A stretch of 64,000 nt of DNA from the human T2T-CHM13v2.0 reference genome, Homo sapiens, in assembly GCF_009914755.1 (NCBI RefSeq), contig NC_060932.1; one strand, written 5' to 3'. The position numbers and the translations under genes were made by a program. The first letter of the stretch is position 1, and every line of letters starts with the position of its first letter. A model generated the notes under the pieces. That model had not been told where the DNA came from, did no database searches, and saw only the letters and a program-made list of their open reading frames with translations. Below, piece by piece: positions 51,995 to 64,000 of the stretch.

Positions 51995-52836
<842 letters not shown>

Positions 52837-53559
52837 CCATTACTTCCATCTTTAGGCATGTTCATACTGGGATCACAATAGGGATCTCACCTCACACTGA
52901 ACCACTGAACTGAATCGGAGGCTTTGACATGATTCAGAGATACTGTAGGCTACAGACCCATGGAACAGCCATACTGAGCCTATAACAAGTGTCCTGGGTA
53001 TCAACTACCTTTGTGCTGTAGGCTAATTGTGAATGAGTCACCTCCTTGGGAGGGGAGAGGGTGAAACCATAACTGAGAGGAAAGAATCTAGAGGAGTCTC
53101 TTACATTCAAACCATGATGCAATAAGAAAAGGTTTTTATTCTCCTTCAGAGATATGATAACAAGATCCATTAATGAAATCCTAGTGAATGACAGAGGCAA
53201 GATTACAGAAGGAAGCACTACGAGACAAAGGGGATGGGAAGAAAGGAGTCCAGGAAGAAAGGCCCGGGAACATTGGCCCAGCCTTTGCAAATCGGAATGT
53301 AATTGCACTTGAAAAACAAAATTTATTTCTTATAATTGTATTTTCTATCATAATTTTAAAGTTATTTTAGAAAAAAAGTCTCCATTATATCTGGAGAAAA
53401 GTATTTACATTAATATAACTAACAAACGGTGGATAGGCTCTCTACATAAAAAGCAGGTAGAATCAATCAAGATAAACTCTAAAGTCTCAGTAAATAAGCA
53501 TAAATTAAAGGCTTAGAAAATTTTGTATATAGTAATTCCAGTCGACTAATAATGAAAAA

Positions 53560-54680
53560 TATATCCACATGTTTTGTAATCAGAGAAATACAAGTTAAAA
53601 CTAGAGTGAGTTAATTTTTTTCTATTAAATTAGCTAGAAGGTGCTGTACAGACACACTATTATTCAAGGCAAAGTATTCATAAAACAGCTAATATTTATT
53701 GAGTATTATGCCTTAGGAGCTGTCATAAGTTCTTTGTGTGTGTTGTTTTATTTTAGTCTCATATCTTGTGATATAGCTACTATTTTAAATCTCAGTTTAA
53801 GATGAAGAAAAAACTGACTGAGGGCTGAGGATATAATAAATCACTTAGGGTCACAGAGCTGTAAGATGTCCAACACTATTACGGAGCAATAAGAAAATAT
53901 GTACCAGAAGTTTTAAAATATAAGTGACATTTAACCCATTAATTCTAATTTCAGTGATTATTTTGTTGAATAATTAGATATATTTGTTAAACACAATATA
54001 AACGGTGGAAAAGACTAGTTTACCCTTAAATGGCACAGGTATGAACTGTCTGAATCCACTTATACAGGAATTTTCTTCCCACCTCTGCCACCCTGAAACA
54101 GCAAGACCAACCCCTCTATTCCTCTTCACCCTAAACCTACTCAACACGAAGATAACAAGGATGAAGACATTTATGATGATCCACTTCCACTTAATGAATA
54201 GTAAATATATTTATCTCTCTTATAATTTTCTTAATAACATTTTCTTTTCTCTAGCTTACTTTATTATAAGAACACAGTATATAATGTGAATAGCATATGA
54301 AATATGTGTTCATTGACTGTTTATCAGTAAGGATTCCAGTCAACAGTAGGCTATTAGTAGTTAAGTTTTGGGGGAGTCAAAAGTTATACACAGAGTTTCA
54401 ACTGCACAAGAGATTGGTAACCCCTTAACCTCTGCATTGTTCAAGGGTCAACTGTACTTGCACAAAAATGTTCATTAAGGAGAAATTTAGAGAAATAAAT
54501 GTTTGGAAATAAAGTATTAAAAATAGTTAAGTAAATTGTGTAATATTTATTCAATAAAAGTTTATTCAGCTTTCAAATTATTATTAATGAAGAGTTTTTA
54601 ATAACATAAGAAAACATTTCTGTTATGAATTTAGGGAAAATACTGATACAAATTATATCTACATTGTGTTGAACATGCAT
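53560..54680 (+). mobile_element. L1ME fragments interrupted by MIR (~53680-53860) and Tigger2a
   Basis: GTAATCAGAGAAATACAAGTTAAAAC; CATTTAACCCATTAATTCTA; TGCACAAAAATGTTCATT after the Tigger. Confidence 0.45.
54016..54454 (+). mobile_element. Tigger2a (MER28) TcMar-Tigger element
   Basis: CTCTGCCACCCTGAAACAGCAAGACCAACCCCTC, GATGATCCACTTCCACTTAATGAATAG; TIR TTGTTCAAGGGTCAACTG|TA; ~440 bp. Confidence 0.9.
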
Positions 54681-55884
54681 ATCAACTACTGTGCCATTTT
54701 ATGTAAAATGCATGTATGTTAATATGTACTTGTGTCTATCAACATCAAATTTACAGTTCATTCTGCGAGTTGATAAAGGAATTAAGACTCTGAGGGGTTA
54801 AGAAAGTTGTCAATGCAAAACTATTAGTGTGAGTCTCAACCTAAATCTGTCTGACTCTACAGTCAAACTGTCCCTACTATTGAAAATTATTTTTAAAAAG
54901 GTCTAAAAAAAGTAAGTGGCTAAGAACTGACCAAAACTTAACAATGGTTGTCCTTAGCAGTGAGTGTAGATGAGGATGGGTGTAGATAAGTGTTTTTAAG
55001 GATGGCTTTATTTAGTTCACTTTTTAAGGTGTGAAATATTTCAAATAGTACCATGTATTCATCACCTGACTTTTACTAATTGTAACATTATGCTATATTT
55101 ATCCTATTTTAAAATTAGGCACAATTAACACTCATATATCTTTCTATATCTCTTTTTACTCAATTTTATACTTTGGATACTTAACCAGGTTGATAGATAT
55201 ACCTCTATTTCATTTATTCTAAGTGCTGTGTAGTGATCCATCTGTACCACAATTTATGTATTCATTCTTTAATTGATTAACATTGTCTGCTTTTTTATCT
55301 CATTTATATATCCTTTTGCAAATATATGAAGTTTCCCCTTGGTTATGTACCTAGAAATGGAATTGTTGGGTTTTAAGGTACAAATACTCTTTATTTATTT
55401 GATAGCACATTTTCCCTCTATCTGTATTAGTGAGAATATACTAGCTGTAGTAATAAACAATCTCAGAATTACAGTGATTTAATACATCATATGCTTCTTC
55501 TCTTTCTGCTGATCATCTTTTTCTGCTTCTCAGTGCTCACAGAAGACGGCTGCCATTCAGCTTCTTATTTCAAGCAGCTAGCAGGGACTAACTGCTATTT
55601 TAACTCCCAAGGGAGTCAAATTCCCAAAGGAGAGACTAAGACAGGCCACCTCAGGTCAAGCATTTATCATTTATCTAATTAGCCAGAACAGCGGGAGGGG
55701 GTTTGCAGTTCATAAGGGACTATCATGGCCCATTCTTTGATGAAGGCTGGGGAATGGACAGTTCTCAGAACAGGGCAGCTGCAGCTCCAAAGGAAGTCAC
55801 CCCTGGAAGGGCACAAACAGAAGTCTTCTCTGTCCCCATCTCTACTGAAAATTAACCAGCTTTCTCCTTTTGTTGATTTTCCAG

Positions 55885-55939
55885 AACTACAAATATAGAA
55901 ATCTTTCACTTGGACGTTCTGCTTCTTGGTTATTACATG
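55885..55939 (+). other. Candidate 55-nt exon
   Basis: Acceptor CTTTCTCCTTTTGTTGATTTTCCAG| and donor ATG|GTAAGT in non-repeat sequence. Confidence 0.35.
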
Positions 55940-56359
55940 GTAAGTATTTTTTAAGCTTCCTTGGGATCATGAATTGTGACAAAGATCACTGAATTTCAGA
56001 TCTCAAGAGGAAGGAAAAAAATAAAGTTCAAGTGGAATAAAAGTACTACATTTGACCTAAAAACCTCTTTCCCAAGCCTAAGCAATTTTAGACAGATGGC
56101 CTTTCCAGGGTGATATATAACTTAAAAGACTATCTTGGAATGGAGAAAAAGAGGAAGTTGTTGACACATGGCCTTTTCTAAGCCTAGTGGTCTATGTTCT
56201 AGTTTCAACAGGGGCATGTACCAATTACAGTACTTGTCATTTCCACTGCCAACCAGTCATGACCAGAAATCTCATTTGCTGAGTGTATTTCAAAATCCAC
56301 CTTTCCAGTTGAATTTTCTTTTCTCCTGTGTGTGTGTGTGTCTGTGTGTGCACACACAA

Positions 56360-56980
56360 AAATTCACAGCCTCACTGTCTAGACTGGGTTTAGCCACCGA
56401 CCAACTATATGACCTAAGGCAAGTTAATTTTTCATTTCTTGCTTTTTCTGTAAAATGAAAGGTTTGATTACATTATTTATAAAGCCCTATGCAGCTTAAA
56501 CATTCTATAACTATACATGCTCATTAATACATATTTCAATTCAATAATGACAATGACCATAGATGATCATGATGATTATGATCAAAACAATGGTAACATA
56601 TATTGTATATTCATTTCATCCCATATATTGTTATCATCTCTTTATATCATTTTCTCATTTGTTCAATTAACCATCATACAAGGTGAGTATTGTCTTCATT
56701 TAACCAATCAGGAAGCTGAGGCATAGAGTTAGTGATGGTGGAAGAAGAATCTGAAGCTTTTGATGAGACTGGTGAGCCAGTGGTCCTCCTCAGTCTACTG
56801 GGCTTCAGGGCAGTTTATAAAGCATTGTTTACATACCACTCTCTCATATAATCCTAGTGAAAACTCTGACATGGGTATTAATCTCCCTTTTAAAACTGAG
56901 TAGAATGAGGCCTTTAGTAGTTACACAAATTTCCAGGTGGAGGTGATGAAGTCAGACCCCAAATCAGATAGATTATCTGT
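56360..56980. mobile_element. MIR fragments (+ then -)
   Basis: ATGACCTAAGGCAAGTTAATT..TCTGTAAAATGA..AACATTCTATAA; CATTTTAACCAATCAGGAAGCTGAGGCATAGAG. Confidence 0.55.
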
Positions 56981-57977
56981 CTGTCCCTTGAGCCTGAGAA
57001 GAGTTCTCCAGCTGAGTAACCCAGGCCCTCCATCTGCTATGCCCAATGCCCATCCTCTACAAATAATCCCCCACAAATGGCTCAGTCTTACCTCTCATAT
57101 CAGTTTCCTTAGGTAAAAGTTCCAAGCAGAAGCAGCACCTTCAGATTTCAACCCTGGACACTGCTCCATGGCTCACCTCCGTCCATTTCTGAGCCCCCTT
57201 CACATCTTTCTGCTCTGCCCTCTGGAATGCAGCTTCATCATCAGAAAACTCCTCCATAATGCGTACATATTCTATCATTCACTTTACCTTCTTGCCTGGA
57301 CAGAAACCTGGCTCTCCTCTGAGGACATTGCTTCTCCTACAATTCTCTCAACAGCCACCTCTTTTCACAGTTGTGAAGCAAGTAAATACACTATTCTGTA
57401 ATCCCCTTGGTGCTTCCCGATGCTTTTCTAATATTCCTGTTCCTTTAAGAATCAAGACATTTTCTTTGACCATTCCTGTCTACTAGTTTCTGTCTTCTAT
57501 TAAACTCCTAGTTACTCCATTTCATTCACTAAAGATATGACACCTCACCCAGAGTGTTTCCCTAAAATTGCATTCTCCATCATTGTTGACCTCAGTGAGA
57601 CCATAAATGAGTTATCCACCTGGCTGCTTAGCTCCTTGAACTTCCATCTCAAAGTGTGCTCTGTTCTACCCACCTCTGCTACTAACTACAGGGCCATCAT
57701 CGCCTGACACTGCTCCACTTCTGAAGTCACAGGCTCACCACCCTGCTCTCTGATCACAAATTCCCTCCATCTTACTAGTCACCTCTTCACATCACTCATT
57801 TCTCAGTGGTGAAATCTAGTGTAAACTGACCCCACTCCCTAAGCCAGGAGCCATTTTCTCCACTTACTTCCTATCATAAGCAGTTTGTATGGCCTATCTT
57901 TTCAATAACTTTTGGACAAAAATATTCCAAATCTTCTGCCCCACCTTCTTCATCTGTCTCTTTATCATATTTAACTA

Positions 57978-58393
<416 letters not shown>

Positions 58394-58462
58394 GTCCTTC
58401 AGCTCTTTTTTCTGTCTATGTATGGGCAGTTAAGCATTGCTGGAGAAAAAGATATAACAAGA

Positions 58463-58914
58463 TGTATCAATCAAGGTCTTAGCAAGAAACATATAGCAAA
58501 TTCAAAGTTGGCTAATTCAGGAAAAATTTAATAAGGCCACTATTCACAAAGCTGTGAACACTACTTTGGGAACCCCACAAAGGATCTTGCAGTACCAGGA
58601 CTAGCAACAGCCAGGGTGAATTTATTACACCAAGGTTTGAGAGGGGATAGGGGAAAAACAGTTACCCACACCCAGAGACTTGGCAACCTGAGCAGATCCA
58701 GGACCTTCACTTGAAAGACACAACTAGACTCTGGCAGCCCCCACAATGAGGAAGCCAAGGCAATCAACACCATGACCTTATTTTCCTCCCTTCCTCTGAT
58801 CTCCTGCTAGTTCTTCCCATTGACAAAGACTCCCAAAAAGCAAAAGAGATGGTCGACGTAGCAGTACAGTCAGCCTCTGGAGGGTTAGGAGGGGCAAACA
58901 AATTGTCAAGCACA
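58463..58914 (-). mobile_element. LTR33-like ERVL solo LTR
   Basis: TGTATCAATCAAGG..TTTAATAAGGCCACTATTCACAAAG..GCAGTACCAGGACTAGCAACAG..CCTTCCTCTGATCTCCTGC..AGCACA. Confidence 0.65.
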
Positions 58915-60009
58915 GTGAGCACATTGGAGCCATCCCACAACCTCCACTGGACCTTGGGAATACTTAAATGTTTCTCTGGCTGATACTTTCTCCAACTTTT
59001 CACAATTGTTTCAATACTCCTCCATTTCTCTTTAGAACTCCACTTCCCACTCTTTTCCCCCATTTCACTATTAGCAGATGACCTGGCATGGGGTTTCTCA
59101 GAGAAAACAAAAACCATCCAGACACTCTCAATTTCCCTGCTACAAACCTACAAAAGCTACCTAAGCTGTTTTGTTTTTTTTTTTAACGCTACTCTTGTAT
59201 TAATAGAAGAGTAGTTTCTCTTGTTCAAGACCCCTTTCTCCTCTTACACTTTGGGTCTCATTCCTTCTCTTCTTCTCAGAAGACATTACACCATCAACAA
59301 TCAATTTTCTCCCTACATAAAATCTCATTCCACCAGATTCTTTCCCATCAACATTTGAATATACTCTGATATAACCCATCTTTTAAAAAATGTATCACAA
59401 CCACACATACTCTTCTGGTAAGAACCAGTTACCAGTTCTCCCTCTCATAGCTGAGCTTTTCAAAAAATTTGTGTAGGCTTTGTATGGACACGGGTTATGA
59501 ACACTAAGTTACCTTCTTGAAATGGACTAGTCTGGGCAGCAGCAGAAAGTGAAGCAGATGGATCAACCACATGGATTCAGCATCTCAGAATGGAGGGGGC
59601 GAATCACGGAGTGGAGAATTTGTAGTTCATTGACTATCTGAAGATCCCTTTTCCTGTATTCTTCTTGAGGTAATAACAAAGAAATGAGGTGTCCACTGCT
59701 TTCCACCATAACTATTAGCTTTGAAAGTTACTCAGTAACCCATATTTTCAATCACCTAGCCCAAGTCACTCTTCTCCTTCCCACAGGGACTGCTGCAGAT
59801 TTTCTGTATTGGAAGGGTAGCAGTTTGGTGGTGGCTGTGGATATAGATTCCATTGGCACCTTACATTTCATTGAGGCCATATCGGTGGTCTATTTCTACA
59901 AGTGCCCTTCCACCACAAATAGTGAGGGTGGGCAGGGATGGGAGCCCCAGCTACAGTCTGCACTTTACTTTCTTCTCATTATTCCCTGCTCCTTTCCCTT
60001 GCCAAACCT

Positions 60010-60380
60010 AGGTTCACAAACTCTTACTCATTTTTCAAGAACCAACTCAATTCCCACCTAACTTTGAAGAACTCCCCAGCTTCCCCAGGATTCACTGGTA
60101 GTTCCCAAAGCCTCCTATTAACGTTGATTCTATGAGATCAATTAGAAAGTTGATTCTATTAGATCAATTTTATTAGATTCTATTAGATCTATTAGATCTA
60201 TTAAATCATAATTACTAGATCATACGCTAGTAATTATGCTAGCATATATCATGTGGCCCAGTAATCTTCCCCCAGATTGTAAACATAAAAATCATACTGC
60301 CTCATTCATCTAGCACCCTGCACACGGCTAGGGTACGGAGATGCATGTTAAATAGTGAAAACATCAATTAATCAATTCAT
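60010..60380 (+). mobile_element. L2 3' terminus containing a low-complexity insert
   Basis: AACTCTTACTCATTTTTCAAGAACCAACTCAA before the insert; CCCCCAGATTGTAAAC..TAGCACCCTGCACACGG after it. Confidence 0.5.
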
Positions 60381-60986
60381 GGAGACAGCACTAATTCAAG
60401 ATCCAATTCTTTTCTTTCCCTAGAAATCCTAAGCAACATATTTTTGTGTCCTTCATTAACTTATGTAAGCATCATCCAAGTATGCCCTTTTGGTTTATAT
60501 TTTCCTTTTCTCTAAAAGATGTTAGAGGAAAAAAAAAAACTTAAAGCCAAATACCTCATTGGTATAAAAATTGAATAGGGGATCCAGTAGAGAAGGTAGA
60601 GAACCCAATGGGGCTATAGAATTCAATTCATTTGAAGAATGAAGACTAAAGATGAGAATGAAGACTAAAGATGAGCTCAAGGTCCCACAGCAAGTTTCAG
60701 GATTGAAATTAAATCTCATGATACTAGGCTCACCAGCCTGTGCTTCTTTTCCTGCATCAAATAACCTCCTTCATTTGACTCCCTCCAATAGTTGTAAATG
60801 TGTTCACATGTAGAATGTATTCCTGACTGTCATAAATTACATTTAATAGCTTATATAAAATGGAAAAAGAAGTCAAGAAAATGATCCAGGTGCCATAAAT
60901 CTGGCCACATCTCATGTGCCAGGGGTGGAGGAGACAGGAGGGGCCAGGTGTGGGGGAGAGAACATAGACATCATTAAAGCTCAATT

Positions 60987-61324
<338 letters not shown>

Positions 61325-61806
61325 TGACTTCAAAAATCCTAAGGTTCTTCTCTCAGTGCCTTGAGATCTGCCATCATTTAAAACATTTGTGTTGAAGACT
61401 TTTCAATCTTATTAAAATATTTGGCTATATTAAAGTCACATGACATTAGCCGATGATAAATATTTCTCCTCCCCAGCCCTGATTTATGAGGACCAGCTAG
61501 TAAATAGTCTCTGATTCAAACAGTGATTAACCATTATTCATGAAGCAAAATGAGCCTGCCATGTCATGTCATAAATTTAATGTAATCTCATCTTGTTTCA
61601 CTTTTTTTATTCACAGTTTCCTTCCAAATTTCATCTTCTCCCATCTCCCTACAAACTTCAAAAGAGGTGTACAAAGGAACTTAAGAGCCATTTTCTGCTT
61701 ACCCACCTCTTTAGAAGGTGGGGAGGATGACTCAGGAAAATGCAGTAACTGACTGATGCTAATATCAGAACACAATCAGAAGCGGTCTTTAGGGGAAGCC
61801 TCAAGA

Positions 61807-61861
61807 TTTGCCATTGATCGCTGGTCTTGAATCAATTCAAGACTAGCCATTAAAAGGCAAA
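61807..61861 (+). other. 55-nt inverted repeat / hairpin
   Basis: TTTGCC-A-TTGAT-C-GCTGGTCTTGAA[TCAA]TTCAAGACTAGC-C-ATTAA-AA-GGCAAA: 23 pairs including 2 G-U. Confidence 0.8.
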
Positions 61862-62369
61862 CCCTGGCAATCCTTGGAAAGAAGAAATTTGACTGTAATA
61901 CGGGCAGTATGTGTTTGGGAGACCAATGATCATTTGTAAGGCTTTCAACTGCGGCGACGGTAAATCCAGGAAGTGAATCATTCCTCCGAGTGATGGCTGT
62001 TAAGAGAGTCATATAGTAAATTTCTCCCTTTACCATGGATTTCCAATCACTGAAGTCATCAGGTTGGCCTGAAGACCCCTCAAAATAATGTGTTGCTATT
62101 GTGAAGGGCCACCTGTGCCTTACAACAAATCACATCTGATCAACATGTTCAGCCTTGTTCTCACCATCACCTGCTCTCTTGTGTTCAAAATTGCCACCAC
62201 TCCTGTTTCTCTTACCACTGCTCTCTCTGCCTAGAAACTTATGCCCTCTCCTCCTGTTCCCCATCATTCTTCCTGGAGTGGGGTCCTAATCATCCTTGAA
62301 AATTCATCTTAGGTGCCATCCTTTATGGGAAAATGTCACTAAGTATATCCTTCCCATTGTCATTGATAG

Positions 62370-62530
62370 CAGCTCTTCCTCAAACTGTAATGTACAAATA
62401 AATTACCTGGGTATCTTGTTAATATGCAGATTCTCTTTCAATAGGGCTGAGATGGGGGTTTGCATTTCCAGCAAACTCCCAGGTGCTGTTGATGCTGCTG
62501 ATCTACAGTCTACACTTTGGGTACTAGAAC
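62370..62530. mobile_element. MER5-family hAT-Charlie element
   Basis: AATTACCTGGGTATCTTGTTAATATGCAGATTCT..TGCATTTCCAGCAAACTCCCAGGTGCTGTTGATGCTGCTG..ACACTTTG. Confidence 0.8.
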
Positions 62531-62664
62531 TTAATAGGTAAGGAACACTTCTGCTGAGCTCTTGTAGCATGCTATGCATTGAACTCTTCCCTAGAATTCT
62601 TTTGCAATGGTTCAATTATATATCTATCTCTCCCACTAGACAGTGCCTCTTGAGGTCAGAAACT

Positions 62665-62950
62665 ATAAATCTTTCATTTGCAACTGATAAGAATCCAACT
62701 GAATCTAGACTGAGGGAAAGGGAAAGGGAGGATGTTTTGGCTCAATTAACTGAAACAAAAAAATTCTAGACATAGCTGGATCCAGGGGCTCAACTGATGC
62801 TTTCTGTACGTGCTTCCTTCCCTCCTTGGCTCTGCTTTATGCAGTACGGAATTCATGGTAAAGGAAGTGAAAGTAGTGAGCTTAGCAACCTCAACAGGAA
62901 GAATATACTCCTTCTCAGGTGCTCACAGACTAATAGAGAAGATGGGTTAA
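62665..62950 (-). mobile_element. Old MLT1 LTR fragment (MLT1J/K-like)
   Basis: TTGCAACTGATAAGAATCCAACT..TTGGCTCAATTAACTGAAA..AGCTGGATCCAGGGGCTCAA. Confidence 0.55.
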
Positions 62951-63624
62951 ATCTAATAACAGAAACATGTTCAGGGTCAAATGAGACCTGAGATGATTAG
63001 AAACCTACTCAACCTGGAGAATTCAGAGAGGGATACTGAGGGTTGAGGTAAAAGGATCAGGAGAAGCTTTCCAGAGCAGGTAATGTCAGACCTGGGTCTT
63101 AAAGAACGACTGTGAGTTTGCTAAGGAAGAATATCCAAGCAGAAGTCACCTTGTATGCCCGCTTAGACAGCAACTTCGTTAATAATGAAAATAAAAATTG
63201 GAAAAGTCAATTTGATATCTAGATAACTGAGCTTTGTAATGCCAAATATCAGGGTATTTGAAAATACCTAAATGGCCTGAGTAAGATCATAAAATCTTAA
63301 TGCTGGTACGCTAAGTATCATCTAATCGGAATTTCTTATTTTACAGATGAGAAAATAAATTGAGACCCTGAAATTTTAAATAATCAAACATTTATTGACT
63401 CTTCTGAAGGCATTAATAATTCCTCTGCTTATTCTCAAATACCCAGGTGCATGCAGTGATACTAATAAAACCATAATTTCAGAGATCAATAAAGTAACAC
63501 TTCCAAGGGAGACAAGTTTTTTTTCTAATCAAGATTTTCACAAGCAAACAAGGCTTCTAAGAAATATATCCATGCACTTTTTCAAAAAACTTCAAAAACA
63601 ATAATAGAACAAACTGTTAGGAAT

Positions 63625-63901
63625 AGAAAACCAAATACCACATGTTCTCACTTATAAGTGGGAGCTAAAGAGTGAGAACACATGGACACATAGAGGGGAA
63701 CAACACACACTGGGGCCTTTCTGAGGGTGGAGGGTGGGAGGAGGGAGAGGATCAGGAAAAATAACTAATGAGTAACAGGCTTAAAACCTGGGTAATGACG
63801 TAATCTGTACAACAAACCCCCATGACACAAGTCTATCTATGTAATAAACCTGCACTTGTACCCCTGAACTTAAAATGAAAGTTAAAAAAAAAAAGAAAAA
63901 A
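63625..63901 (+). mobile_element. L1PA (L1PA11-13-like) 3' terminus, 5'-truncated
   Basis: GAAAACCAAATACCACATGTTCTCACTTATAAGTGGGAGCT..GAGAGGATCAGGAAAAATAACTAATG..ACCCCTGAACTTAAAAT plus A tail; degenerate TSD AAACTGTTAGGAAT / AAAGTATCAGGAAT. Confidence 0.93.
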
Positions 63902-64000
63902 GTATCAGGAATTCATTTAGCAAATATCTTATGCACAGATACTATGAGGCGGGCACAATGCTAAAGAAACTAAAAGGGTTGTGAAGATAAATAAGACGTC

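Noticed and set aside
59684-60061. 125-aa ORF in apparently unique sequence
   Set aside because: No recognisable domain or splice/promoter context, and the 3' end runs into an L2 tail.

Overview
AT-rich, CpG-depleted primate genomic DNA. AluJ, AluS and AluY copies plus THE1 and L1PA elements point to a catarrhine such as human. It reads as intergenic or deep-intronic sequence. I find no CpG island, no tRNA/rRNA and no supportable host protein-coding gene. Every ORF with recognisable homology is a decayed LINE-1 or LINE-2 reading frame, or is Alu-derived. Most of the window is fossil transposons: Alus, L1s of many ages, L2/MIR, MaLR/ERV LTRs, and hAT and Tigger DNA elements. The largest structure is a nest at ~38.0-52.5 kb. 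There a full-length antisense L1PB1, itself carrying a MER57 solo LTR and an AluY, sits inside an older L1MA-type element that is fused to an MLT1D provirus remnant. Subfamily names come from recalled diagnostic motifs, not a database search, and boundaries of old elements are approximate. I see no convincing novel multi-component system. The best leads are a 55-nt hairpin in a CpG-retaining unique block (61.8 kb) and strong + strand exon-like segments (30.6 and 55.9 kb) suggesting a spliced non-coding transcript. Also notable are a TCF/SOX double palindrome (4.9 kb), an Alu-ATG/L1-ORF1 fused 252-aa ORF (40.3 kb), a template-switch-like repair scar (60.1 kb) and two three-arm Alus.
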